The notes beneath the pieces are model-generated. The model did not search any database, was not told where the DNA came from, and was given only the letters and a program-made list of their open reading frames with translations. Positions 10,175 to 18,766 of a stretch of 64,000 nt of DNA are shown here, in pieces; within the stretch, counting starts at the first letter, position 1; each line of letters opens with the position of its first letter. A program made the position numbers and the translations under genes. Location of the stretch: contig OZ255721.1 of assembly GCA_965277285.1 (NCBI GenBank), forward strand, positions 3,616,001-3,680,000, written 5' to 3'. This DNA comes from Abditibacteriaceae bacterium (lineage in GTDB: Bacteria; Armatimonadota; Abditibacteriia; Abditibacteriales; Abditibacteriaceae).

Positions 10175-10720
10175 TCAGGGCGCGACCTCCTTTTCGGCGG
10201 AAGCCCGTAGCCGCGCGCGCACACTGACTTGCACGCTCTGGCCCGCTGCCAACTGTCCAATCGTCCAGCGCACGCTGCGATATTGCGACAGCGGCACCAT
10301 CACAACTTTCGCGGCGCCCGTCGCATCGCGCACCACGCGCTTGAGCGGCATCGAACCAAAAGTGCGACCATCGGCGCTGGCTGTGGCACTCGCCGGACGC
10401 TGCGAACTCGATACGAAAACCAATCCCGACGGAATCGGAATCGCCGTTTGCACGTTCGCCAGCGTTCGAGTACTCGAATTGGTAGTTGTCGCGCGATATT
10501 CGATGATGTCGCCCGGGCGCGCCTTGCTCGCCGCCACCAAAGATTCGTGACCGTCTTTGTCATGCACCACTTTGAAAGCGCTCAGCGCAATCGAAATCGG
10601 CGAACTCGAAGTCACGCTTTGAGCGCGCGCCACGTTGATGTTTGCGCCACTTGACAAAGCGCCGACCAAGGCCAGAGATGCGCCCCACAGTGCGCGACGA
10701 CTTCCTTTTTGAAACTCCAT
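10175..10720 (-). CDS. Small secreted single DUF11-like domain protein
   Basis: ATG 10720 with GGAGGA RBS; signal peptide ending ARA; ARPGDIIEYRATTTN..IPSGLVFV..VRWTIGQLAAGQSVQVSVRARL. Confidence 0.8.
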   Translation of the reverse strand: MEFQKGSRRALWGASLALVGALSSGANINVARAQSVTSSSPISIALSAFKVVHDKDGHESLVAASKARPGDIIEYRATTTNSSTRTLANVQTAIPIPSGLVFVSSSQRPASATASADGRTFGSMPLKRVVRDATGAAKVVMVPLSQYRSVRWTIGQLAAGQSVQVSVRARLRASAEKEVAP

Positions 10721-11275
10721 CAGAATTGTCCTCCACAAATTTTTGCCATTGCTTTCACCCACAAAAAAGCCGCTGTACATCGAAGATGCAGCGGTCTAAC
10801 AAGTGAAACGGCAGCCCAACTTTTCCAACTTTCTGCACTGTTCGATAAATGACACCGTCTTTACATTTCTTATCGAACTTTGCGGCAGAAAAAACCACTT
10901 TTTCAACACAGCATCGGGAAGCAGGAAAGCGGCATGATAAACTGCATCGCATTCCTTCCTGAACGGCATCGCCTTTTTTACCCGTTTGGTGCTCGACATT
11001 TCGTGGCATTTCTTAGTGATGCACCAGAACTGCCAACGAATGTTTTTCTGCCACATCGAAAACTCGTTGCAGGCGAAAAACGCAAGGCTCACCCAAAGTC
11101 GCTGTGAAGATAAAAACTCTCTGGCACCAGAATGGCCAGCAACGTACTGAGTGCGGAAACTTTGGCACGATTACTGCAAATGAGGGACGCCTTTTTGTTA
11201 ACGCATCCGAAAATAGTACGCTGTTGCAACACGTTTCTCTGATTGATGTTCGGTTTTGCACGTTTTTAATTGTTC

Positions 11276-12952
11276 ATGGCTAAAATTTCGACGCGTTATG
11301 TTTGCCAATCGTGCGGTTACAATGCGCCGCGCTGGATCGGCAAATGCCCCGAATGCGGCGCGTTCAATACCTTTGCCGAAGAAAAGGTCGCGCCCACGCC
11401 GCGCGGCGCATCATCTTTTGCGCCTTCGACTTCTCGCGGCGTCTATCGTGGCACAAGCGTGTCGCGGCCTCAATCGCTGTCGGCGACAAGTTCATCGCAA
11501 CGCGCGCGGCTTTCGACCGATATTCCAGAATTTGATCGAGTACTCGGCGGCGGCCTGGTGCCAGGTTCGCTGGTGCTCATCGGCGGCGACCCAGGAATTG
11601 GGAAATCGACGTTGTTGCTGGAAGCGGCTGTGCGTTTGGCTGCCAAACATGGAATAGGAATCTACGCCTCGGGCGAAGAAAGCGCCGAACAAATTCGCCT
11701 GCGCGCCGACCGTTTAGGTCTGAGATCGGACAATTTGTTGCTTCTCGCGGAAACGGATTTGTCGGTCATCGAAAGCCACATCCGCGACGTGAAGCCCAGC
11801 TTTGCAATTTTGGACAGCGTTCAAACCGTGTCGCATCCGGCATTGGACAGTGCGGCGGGAACACTCACGCAAGTGCGCGAAGTGGCGACCGCGATGCAGC
11901 GCGTGGCGAAGGAAGATGGCGTGCCAGTTTTTCTGGTCGGGCACGTTAACAAGGAAGGAAATCTGGCGGGGCCGCGCGCTTTGGAACACATCGTCGATGC
12001 GGTTTTGCAACTGGAAGGCGACGAAAACTACAATTTCCGTATTTTGCGCGCGACGAAAAATCGTTTCGGTTCGACCAATGAAATGGGCGTTTTCGAGATG
12101 ACAGAACGTGGCATGGAAGGTGTTTCCAATCCCAGCGAACTGTTTCTTTCGGAGCGCCAAAGTCAATCGCCAGGCAGCGTTGTGGTGGCGACGGTCGAAG
12201 GTTCCAGGCCGCTTTTGGTGGAAGTTCAAGCGTTGTGCGCGCCCAGTTATTTCACCAGTCCGCGACGCACGGTGACGGGCGCCGATTTCAATCGCGTCAA
12301 TGTGGCACTGGCGGTTATCGAAAAGCGTTTGGGAATGCGCTTGGGCGATATGGACGTTTATGTGAACGTTGTCGGCGGCATTCGAGTACTCGAACCGGCG
12401 CTCGATCTGGGAATCGCGCTGGCGGTCATTTCGAGTTTGCATGATGCGCCTTTGCCGCCCGATGTCTGCGTTTTTGGCGAAGTCGGATTGGCAGGCGAAG
12501 TGCGCGCGGTTTCGCATGCGGACAGGCGCGCGATGGAAGCGGAACGATTAGGGTTCAAAAAATGCGTTTTGCCGCGCGTTTCGGCACAAAAGCTGAGCGC
12601 GAAAGATGGCTTGAAGCTGGTGGCTGCCGCAACGCTTCATGATGCCGTTGAAAGTTTGTTGCCGCAGGTTTTGGAAGGGCGACGACGCACGAAAAACGAC
12701 TCGCCACAAAGTAAAAAGAACGAAAGCGCGCCGCGAGCGTTGCAGGCACGCGATGGCGAAGGGCGTTCCGCTTCGAGGCTGTCCAATCAACCCGTATCGA
12801 GTACTCGATTAAGCAACAATCGCAGCAAAAACGATCTGAATAAAAACGGAAATCACGAAAACAGTTACAGTGAAGACGACACGGAAGATTTTTCGAGGAG
12901 CATTTATGAACGCGACGACGAAAATGGCGCGAACTGGCTGGACAACTCTTGA
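11276..12952 (+). CDS. radA: DNA repair protein RadA/Sms with low-complexity C-terminal tail
   Basis: Zn finger CQSCG..W.GKCPECG, Walker A GGDPGIGKSTL, KNRFG motif, Lon-like C-terminal domain. Confidence 0.97.
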   Translation: MAKISTRYVCQSCGYNAPRWIGKCPECGAFNTFAEEKVAPTPRGASSFAPSTSRGVYRGTSVSRPQSLSATSSSQRARLSTDIPEFDRVLGGGLVPGSLVLIGGDPGIGKSTLLLEAAVRLAAKHGIGIYASGEESAEQIRLRADRLGLRSDNLLLLAETDLSVIESHIRDVKPSFAILDSVQTVSHPALDSAAGTLTQVREVATAMQRVAKEDGVPVFLVGHVNKEGNLAGPRALEHIVDAVLQLEGDENYNFRILRATKNRFGSTNEMGVFEMTERGMEGVSNPSELFLSERQSQSPGSVVVATVEGSRPLLVEVQALCAPSYFTSPRRTVTGADFNRVNVALAVIEKRLGMRLGDMDVYVNVVGGIRVLEPALDLGIALAVISSLHDAPLPPDVCVFGEVGLAGEVRAVSHADRRAMEAERLGFKKCVLPRVSAQKLSAKDGLKLVAAATLHDAVESLLPQVLEGRRRTKNDSPQSKKNESAPRALQARDGEGRSASRLSNQPVSSTRLSNNRSKNDLNKNGNHENSYSEDDTEDFSRSIYERDDENGANWLDNS

Positions 12953-14234
12953 TTCGCCGCCGCGTGAACGGAGCGACATATCCGTCAGCGCAGCAGCAAT
13001 CAATCGAATTCTTTATTTGATGACGACGGCGTTGTTCTTCGTCATCGGCGGCGCGACGGGTTGGTTCGGCGGGCGCGCTTATGCGCTCAATACGGCGGGC
13101 AATAACGTTCTGATGCGCGATGGAATGTCGATTACCATCGCGGTTGGTTCGGCGATTGTGATGGCGCGCGTCGGTTCGTGGCTCGCCGACCGCATGATTG
13201 CGGGAATTGGGCGCGTGCATCAAATGTCGGTCGCGGATCGCGTACTCGGAATCATCGGAATTTTGCTCGGTTTGCTTTTCGGTTCGCTGGTTTCGCTGGC
13301 GATTCCCAATACCGCCGCTTGGATTACTCCCCTCAAGCTGATTATTATGGCGGTGTCGTCGGCGCTGGGATTGGCGCTGTTGCAGGGAATGCGCGACGAA
13401 GTGTTGCGCGCTTTTCCCCTGTTGGGCGAGCGCGATGAACATGGTTTGGGAGCCGAAGCGAAGTTTCTCGACACCAACATTATCATAGATGGCCGCATCG
13501 TCGAACTGTGTCGCAGCGGCTTTATCGAAGGGCCGTTGTATGTGCCGTTCTTCGTGTTGAACGAGTTGCAATACATCGCCGATTCCGCTGATTCGATGCG
13601 CCGCACGCGCGGTCGTCGCGGACTGGAAACGCTCAACACGATGCGCGAAATCATGGTGACGGACAACTCGCACGGCCATGGCCACAAAGAAGAACCGCAA
13701 CCTTTGATTCATATTTTGAACGAAGTGCCGCCTTCGGTGACGCGCACCGAAACCGTCGATGCGAAGTTGGTTGTCCTGGCGCGCGAAACCGGCGGCTCGA
13801 TTTTGACCAACGATTTTAACTTGAATCGCGTGGCTGGTTTGCAAGGCATTCGCGTCCTCAATGTGAACGCGCTGGCGTTGGCGCTCAAACCTGTGGTGTT
13901 CCCGGGCGAAGAATTAACGATTGCGATTTCGCGCGAAGGCAAAGAGCCGGGCCAGGGCTTGGGTTATTTAGACGATGGCACGATGGTTGTCGTCAGCGAT
14001 GCGCGCGCTTACGTTGGGCAGGTTTGCGTCGTGACGATTTTGCAAGTGATTCAAACCGTCGCGGGCAAAATGATTTTCGCCGAAATGGGCGCCGCCAAAG
14101 ACCCGAAAACGACGGAAAACAAAGGACAGCGCGGCGCGGGCGACGACTTGTTCAATGAAGGAAAAACGGGGAAAAATGGCGACGATCTCGGTTATCGTTC
14201 CGGCGGCGGGATGCGGCGCAAGAGCCGCTCTTAA
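12906..14234 (+). CDS. yacL: Membrane PIN/TRAM-domain protein (YacL family)
   Basis: N-terminal TM helices, LDTNIIIDGRI, RGRRGLETL, TNDFNLNRVA, GKEPGQGLGYLDDGTMVVV; canonical position between radA and ispD; GAGGAG before ATG 12906 (start uncertain). Confidence 0.9.
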   Translation: MNATTKMARTGWTTLDSPPRERSDISVSAAAINRILYLMTTALFFVIGGATGWFGGRAYALNTAGNNVLMRDGMSITIAVGSAIVMARVGSWLADRMIAGIGRVHQMSVADRVLGIIGILLGLLFGSLVSLAIPNTAAWITPLKLIIMAVSSALGLALLQGMRDEVLRAFPLLGERDEHGLGAEAKFLDTNIIIDGRIVELCRSGFIEGPLYVPFFVLNELQYIADSADSMRRTRGRRGLETLNTMREIMVTDNSHGHGHKEEPQPLIHILNEVPPSVTRTETVDAKLVVLARETGGSILTNDFNLNRVAGLQGIRVLNVNALALALKPVVFPGEELTIAISREGKEPGQGLGYLDDGTMVVVSDARAYVGQVCVVTILQVIQTVAGKMIFAEMGAAKDPKTTENKGQRGAGDDLFNEGKTGKNGDDLGYRSGGGMRRKSRS

Positions 14235-14958
14235 CGGCAACAAAGTCTTAGCGCCCGTTCTTGGTCGACCTCTTTTGTGGTGGACGTTGCGCGCTTTATC
14301 GGCGCAAACCAACTTCGGCGAATCGAGTACTCGAACCGCGACAATCGTCGAAATGATTGTCGCCGTGCGCGATGAAGAACGCAACGTGGTGCGCGCAATC
14401 TATGATGAAACTTCATCTGCATTACCTTTGCGATTCGCGCGCGGCGGCGCCACGCGAGCCGAATCGGTGCGCGCGGCGATTGAAATCTCTAATGGCGATT
14501 TCGTTTTAGTTCACGATGCGGCGCGTCCATGCTTAACGCCCGAAATCACCAGCCGCGTTGTCGCATCGGCTTTGCAAAACGGCGCAGCGATTGCGGCCTT
14601 GCCTGCCGATGACACCGTGAAACACGTTGTTGTAGAAGGCGAAAACACATTCATCGAAGCGACTTTGGATCGTAGCCACATTTATCTGGCGCAAACGCCG
14701 CAAATGTTTCGGCGCGATTGGCTCCGACAAGCCTTTGAGTTCGCCGCGACGCAAAATTGGCAAGGCACCGACTGTGCTTCTTACGTGGAACATTGGGCGC
14801 GTAACTCGCACGATTTGCATCGAGATCGAGTACTCGATAATGTTCCCAAACGCGTCGCCATTGTGCGCGGCGATGCGCGTAATATCAAGGTGACATACGC
14901 CGACGATTTGGAACGCGCCGCACATTGGCTGACGTTATCTGAAATTTCCACCGCTTAA
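14176..14958 (+). CDS. ispD: 2-C-methyl-D-erythritol 4-phosphate cytidylyltransferase
   Basis: IVPAAG.G.R....NK, GGATRAESV, LVHDAARP, AQTPQ.F, NIKVTY.DDL. Confidence 0.95.
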   Translation: MATISVIVPAAGCGARAALNGNKVLAPVLGRPLLWWTLRALSAQTNFGESSTRTATIVEMIVAVRDEERNVVRAIYDETSSALPLRFARGGATRAESVRAAIEISNGDFVLVHDAARPCLTPEITSRVVASALQNGAAIAALPADDTVKHVVVEGENTFIEATLDRSHIYLAQTPQMFRRDWLRQAFEFAATQNWQGTDCASYVEHWARNSHDLHRDRVLDNVPKRVAIVRGDARNIKVTYADDLERAAHWLTLSEISTA

Positions 14959-14992
14959 CCTGAACTCTCACCTGAACTCTCAATTGATTAAC

Positions 14993-15250
14993 ATGAGCGA
15001 ACCTAAACATCCGATTCCGACAGTGCCGCAACTGTGCGCTTTGTGCGGCGGCGAAATGGTTCAAGTCGAAATTGCCAATAGCGATGCGCGAATTTCTCTG
15101 GTTGGCGAAGGTGCTGGGCGTTTTGTTTCGCGCGATGCTTTGGTGCCGCTCGAACGTGCGCACGTTTGTACGCAATGTGGCCAAACGCAGCTTTTCGCTG
15201 ACCCGGAAAAAGTGCGCCGCCGCATTCTCAGCCGCTTTCCCACGCGCTGA
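14993..15250 (+). CDS. Small zinc-ribbon-like protein
   Basis: CALCG...VCTQCGQTQLF (two CxxC); fills the gap between ispD and ispF. Confidence 0.6.
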   Translation: MSEPKHPIPTVPQLCALCGGEMVQVEIANSDARISLVGEGAGRFVSRDALVPLERAHVCTQCGQTQLFADPEKVRRRILSRFPTR

Positions 15251-15276
15251 AACGCTTGGTTGGTCACGGTCTCAAA

Positions 15277-15305
15277 TTGACAATAGCGGCTGAAGGTGTT
15301 ACGAT
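15277..15305 (+). promoter_or_regulatory. Sigma70-type promoter for ispF-hpf
   Basis: TTGACA (15277-15282), 17-bp spacer, TG-n-TACGAT (-10 at 15300-15305). Confidence 0.65.
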
Positions 15306-15342
15306 TTTTCGACACCTCAGCCGCTTTCCGAACTACATTTTG

Positions 15343-15900
15343 ATGACTTCTACGCCTTCTTCCGACCTTATTACGGACGCTTCTTCGCCGCAGGTTTCGG
15401 TATCTTCCACGACATCGCGCGTTCCTTTTCGCGTTGGCGTCGGTTACGACAGTCATCGCCTGGCCGAAGGTCGTCGCCTGGTTTTGGGCGGCGTGCAAAT
15501 CCCTTTTGACAAAGGCTTGGTCGGTCATTCGGACGCCGATGTCGTGCTACACGCGATTGGCGATGCCTTGTGCGGAGCTGCGGGTTTGCCTGACATCGGC
15601 CAAATGTTCCCCGACGATAAAAATGAATGGCAGGACGCCGACAGCCGCGATTTGCTGGCTCAAATCAACTATCGAGTACTCGAAAGCGGCTGGCAAATTG
15701 GCAATGTGGACGCGGTTCTCATCGCTCAAAAACCGAAGATTGCGCCGTATGTCAAACAAATGCGCAGTGTTATTGCGGACGTCTTAAAAGCTGATGTGGA
15801 ACAAGTCAATGTGCGTGGCAAAACGGCGGAAGGTTTGGGCGCTTTGGGCGCCGGTGAAGGCATGGCATGTCACGCCATTTGTTTGTTGTGGCGAAAATAA
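15343..15900 (+). CDS. ispF: 2-C-methyl-D-erythritol 2,4-cyclodiphosphate synthase
   Basis: RVGVGYDSHRL, GHSDADVVLHA, DIGQMFP, NVRGKTAEGLG; start uncertain. Confidence 0.95.
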   Translation: MTSTPSSDLITDASSPQVSVSSTTSRVPFRVGVGYDSHRLAEGRRLVLGGVQIPFDKGLVGHSDADVVLHAIGDALCGAAGLPDIGQMFPDDKNEWQDADSRDLLAQINYRVLESGWQIGNVDAVLIAQKPKIAPYVKQMRSVIADVLKADVEQVNVRGKTAEGLGALGAGEGMACHAICLLWRK

Positions 15901-15942
15901 TTGTGGATATTGCACAAAAATCTCTCAAAAGAGGACAACGAT

Positions 15943-16560
15943 ATGGCAACGATTAACTTACAGGCTCGCGGTTGTGAAGTGGATGATGCGATGCAAACGC
16001 ATTTTGAAGAAAAAATTGAAAGCCTGGAAGAGCATTGGACGGGCGAAGTTGAAGCGCAGGTGCGGATTGCTCTGCATCGGGGACGCTACTCCGCAGAGAT
16101 CACGCTCCTTTCGGGTGGATTGCTGATGCGCGGTGAAGAGCGCGCCTCCAATGTGCGCCAGGCGTTCGATGCGGCGGTTGAAAAACTGGATGGGCAACTA
16201 CATCGTTTCAAAGAAAAGTCGCAGGGACGCACGCGTCGCCATGACAACCGCGACGATGTGGCGGGCACGATTACTCATCAGTTGCGCATCGGCGCCGGTG
16301 TCGCGCCGGACGGCATTAGCACGCACGAAAGCAACGGTTCGAGTACTGGATCGCAGGACGCGAACGGTCACGAGGACGATGGCGTGGTGCGTGTCAAGCG
16401 TTTTTCGCTGAAGCCGATGTCGCCCGAAGAAGCATCGTTGCAGATGGGACTTCTGGGACATTCGTTTTTCGTTTTTCGTGACGCAAAAAGCGACCAGGTG
16501 AGCGTTGTTTATCGTCGCCGCGATGGTGGTTTCGGTTTGATTGAGCCAGTTTCGGATTGA
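15943..16560 (+). CDS. hpf: Long ribosome hibernation promoting factor (RaiA/HPF with C-terminal domain)
   Basis: AEITL, AFDAAVEKLDGQL.RFKEK, VRVKRFSLKPMSPEEASLQMGLLGHSFFVF..VVYRRRDG.FGLIEP. Confidence 0.93.
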   Translation: MATINLQARGCEVDDAMQTHFEEKIESLEEHWTGEVEAQVRIALHRGRYSAEITLLSGGLLMRGEERASNVRQAFDAAVEKLDGQLHRFKEKSQGRTRRHDNRDDVAGTITHQLRIGAGVAPDGISTHESNGSSTGSQDANGHEDDGVVRVKRFSLKPMSPEEASLQMGLLGHSFFVFRDAKSDQVSVVYRRRDGGFGLIEPVSD

Positions 16561-16588
16561 TGGAAAATCAGGTTTTTAGGAGAAAAAA

Positions 16589-17335
16589 ATGCCAGAGCGA
16601 GTGTGGACGCGCGAAAAATTAGTGGAAGAAATTCAGCGTTTGAACGAGCAGGGCGTTGACCTTTCGCCGACAGCGATTCAGAAAACGCATGGCGCCTTGT
16701 TTTCTTCGGCGCGTTCTCGCTCTCACTTCGGCAATTGGCGCGCAGCGATTGTTGCCGCAGGTTTGGATTACAATCGCATCAAGCGCGTCAAGCAGCGATG
16801 GAGTCCAGACAGCATCGTCGCGCAGATTCAAGCCTGTGATGCTGTAGGCGAAGATTTATTGCATCCCGATTTCAAGGTGCGCCACCGCAATTTGTATTTG
16901 GCGGCGTGTGCGCATCGCTATTTCGGTTCGTGGCGGCGCGCTTTATTGGCTGCCGGTTTGAATCACGAAAAAATGCGCGAAAGCCGCGTTTGGACAAAAG
17001 CGCGCATTCAACGCACGATTCAGGAAATGGCGACCAACGGCGAATCGTTGTCGTGGTCGTCGGTCGAGGAAAAGTGTCCGGGCATTTATCGCGCCGCGCG
17101 CCGCCGCGAAAACTTCGGTTCATGGCATCGCGCGTTGCTGGAGGCTGGAGTAGCTTCTTCTGGTCGCCGTCGCGGTCGCCGTCCTAATGCGTCGAAAGCG
17201 ATGGATGCAACGGTGAACGAATTGACGCACGTCCACGATAACAAATTGGACGCACCCGCCTCGCCGAAAATGTACGGCGTGCCGGACGCGCTGTCTTCGT
17301 CGCGTCTCCAATCGCGCGACGGAACCAAACGCTAA
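16589..17335 (+). CDS. Protein of three ~65-aa helical repeats (homing-endonuclease-associated-repeat-like; putative DNA binding)
   Basis: Three units W.....I..I...(L/I)(Y/F).(A/S)A....FG(S/N)W..A(L/I)..AG(L/V); AGGAG RBS; basic tail. Confidence 0.65.
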   Translation: MPERVWTREKLVEEIQRLNEQGVDLSPTAIQKTHGALFSSARSRSHFGNWRAAIVAAGLDYNRIKRVKQRWSPDSIVAQIQACDAVGEDLLHPDFKVRHRNLYLAACAHRYFGSWRRALLAAGLNHEKMRESRVWTKARIQRTIQEMATNGESLSWSSVEEKCPGIYRAARRRENFGSWHRALLEAGVASSGRRRGRRPNASKAMDATVNELTHVHDNKLDAPASPKMYGVPDALSSSRLQSRDGTKR

Positions 17336-17347
17336 TGCAACACGATG

Positions 17348-17395
17348 ACGAAAACGCCGCGCTTCTTAACAAGCGCGGCGTTTTCGTTTCTTTTT
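17348..17395 (+). terminator. Intrinsic terminator
   Basis: ACGAAAACGCCGCGCTT-loop-AAGCGCGGCGTTTTCGT followed by a T run, right after stop 17335. Confidence 0.85.
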
Positions 17396-17459
17396 GGAAC
17401 TGGTTTGGAAAGGCTGCGGCATATATCAGATAAAGGTCAATAGGCTACATGAGAGTCTA

Positions 17460-17554
17460 ATTGAACGCCGCGCGTCAGCAAGGGGTTTTGTTCATAATCT
17501 CGAGACAAAACCCCTTCTCGAGACAAAACCCTTTGCTGACGCGCGGCGTTCAAT
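17460..17554. repeat. REP-like inverted repeat (family shared with 24539 and 42958), with an internal tandem duplication
   Basis: ATTGAACGCCGCGCGTCAGCAAGGGGTTTTGT ... ACAAAACCCTTTGCTGACGCGCGGCGTTCAAT; CTCGAGACAAAACCC occurs twice. Confidence 0.8.
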
Positions 17555-17573
17555 AAAGAGCGCGAGGTTCTCA

Positions 17574-17735
17574 AAGGTTGTATGGAAAGTCCGCGAAATG
17601 CCTTAAAACTCGTAGCTTGTCATTCTGAGTGAAACGAAGAATCTAACTTTAGGCCAGATTCTTCGTTTCACTCAGAATGACAAACTCTTATTTTCGTGGT
17701 TTTTTTGCTACTTTCACGACTTTCTATACAACCTC
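17574..17735. mobile_element. MITE copy 1 (~162 bp) carrying a GTCATTCTGAG-type REP
   Basis: Terminal inverted repeats AGGTTGTATGGAAAGT / ACTTTCTATACAACCT, flanked by TCA on both sides; homologous copy in reverse orientation at 38852-39012. Confidence 0.8.
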
Positions 17736-17908
17736 TCAGGATTTACAAGCTTCTCCGGTAGGCATTATTCGCTTTGCTCAGAATGACAAACTTCCACCAC
17801 AGGGCAGTTTTAACTTTCCAAACTGATTCTTATGGTTGTGCCACCGCGCCTTTTGTTTGATAATCGAGTACTCGATTGTCTTTTTGGCGGGAAAGAGGTG
17901 TTTGCTTT

Positions 17909-18697
17909 TTGGATGTTTTGACCGAATTAGGCGCGTTCCTGATCGCTTTGTTGAAAAGCCTGCCACACTTGCTGGCGCCATTTGCACTGGCGTGGATTGT
18001 CAGCGCGGCAATTTTGATTTTGGGTTTCGGCGCCGTAAAAAATCGTGTGCGCAACATGGTAACACGTTTAGACAACGCGATCCGCATGTGGGCTGCAACG
18101 CTACGTTATCGCGTCCCGGGAAATGAAACGGTTGAGCGCGACGAAACAACAGAACGCACCAATCTTTCGTGGTTTTTTCGCTTCTGGACGAACTTCGCAT
18201 CCGCGCCCAGCCTTTCGGTCTGGTCGCTTTTGGTGCCGTTCTGGATGGGACATCGCGCCGCGCATCATGATGTTGTTTCCGCCGCCACGCCGTTTTTTCA
18301 AACTTATGGAGTCTGGTTGCTGCCAGGCTTATGTTACGCCGGTTCGATGCTGCTGTCGTTCGTTTTGAAACGTGTTTTTAAGCGCGTTCGTCCGCCGCGC
18401 AAAGGCTTTGCGTTCGGTCACAAGTTGAAAGATCCGAGTTTTCCATCCGGTCATTCGCTGACAGCGTTTTGCTTCTGGATGAGTTGCGTCGCAACCGCCG
18501 CGCGCTGGAGCCATTGGAGTTCGTTGTCGATTGCTCTTTTCGCACTGATTGCGATTTCCATTGTTTGTCTGACGGGTTTAAGCCGCGTTTATCTGGGCGT
18601 GCATTTCCCGAGCGATGTTTTAGGCGGATATTTAATTGGTCTGGTCTGGTGCATCGCGTGTTTTGTAGCGCTTTCCCCTGTGTTGTGGGCGGCGTAA
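17909..18697 (+). CDS. PAP2-family membrane phosphatase
   Basis: LKRVFKRVRP, SFPSGH, SRVYLGVHFPSDV motifs; TTG start after GAGGTG (inferred). Confidence 0.92.
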   Translation: MDVLTELGAFLIALLKSLPHLLAPFALAWIVSAAILILGFGAVKNRVRNMVTRLDNAIRMWAATLRYRVPGNETVERDETTERTNLSWFFRFWTNFASAPSLSVWSLLVPFWMGHRAAHHDVVSAATPFFQTYGVWLLPGLCYAGSMLLSFVLKRVFKRVRPPRKGFAFGHKLKDPSFPSGHSLTAFCFWMSCVATAARWSHWSSLSIALFALIAISIVCLTGLSRVYLGVHFPSDVLGGYLIGLVWCIACFVALSPVLWAA

Positions 18698-18706
18698 ATA
18701 GACGAT

Positions 18707-18755
18707 AAACGAAAACAATCGAGTACTCACTTCGAGTACTCGATTGTTTTCGTTT
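18707..18755. terminator. Bidirectional terminator built from two palindrome copies
   Basis: Perfect 22-bp arms AAACGAAAACAATCGAGTACTC / GAGTACTCGATTGTTTTCGTTT, 5-nt loop, between convergent genes. Confidence 0.8.
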
Positions 18756-18766
18756 GAACAAGCGAC

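Noticed and set aside
10780..11270. Riboswitch (e.g. c-di-GMP) upstream of the surface-protein operon
   Set aside because: I could not match the conserved motifs by eye; an Rfam/Infernal scan would be needed.
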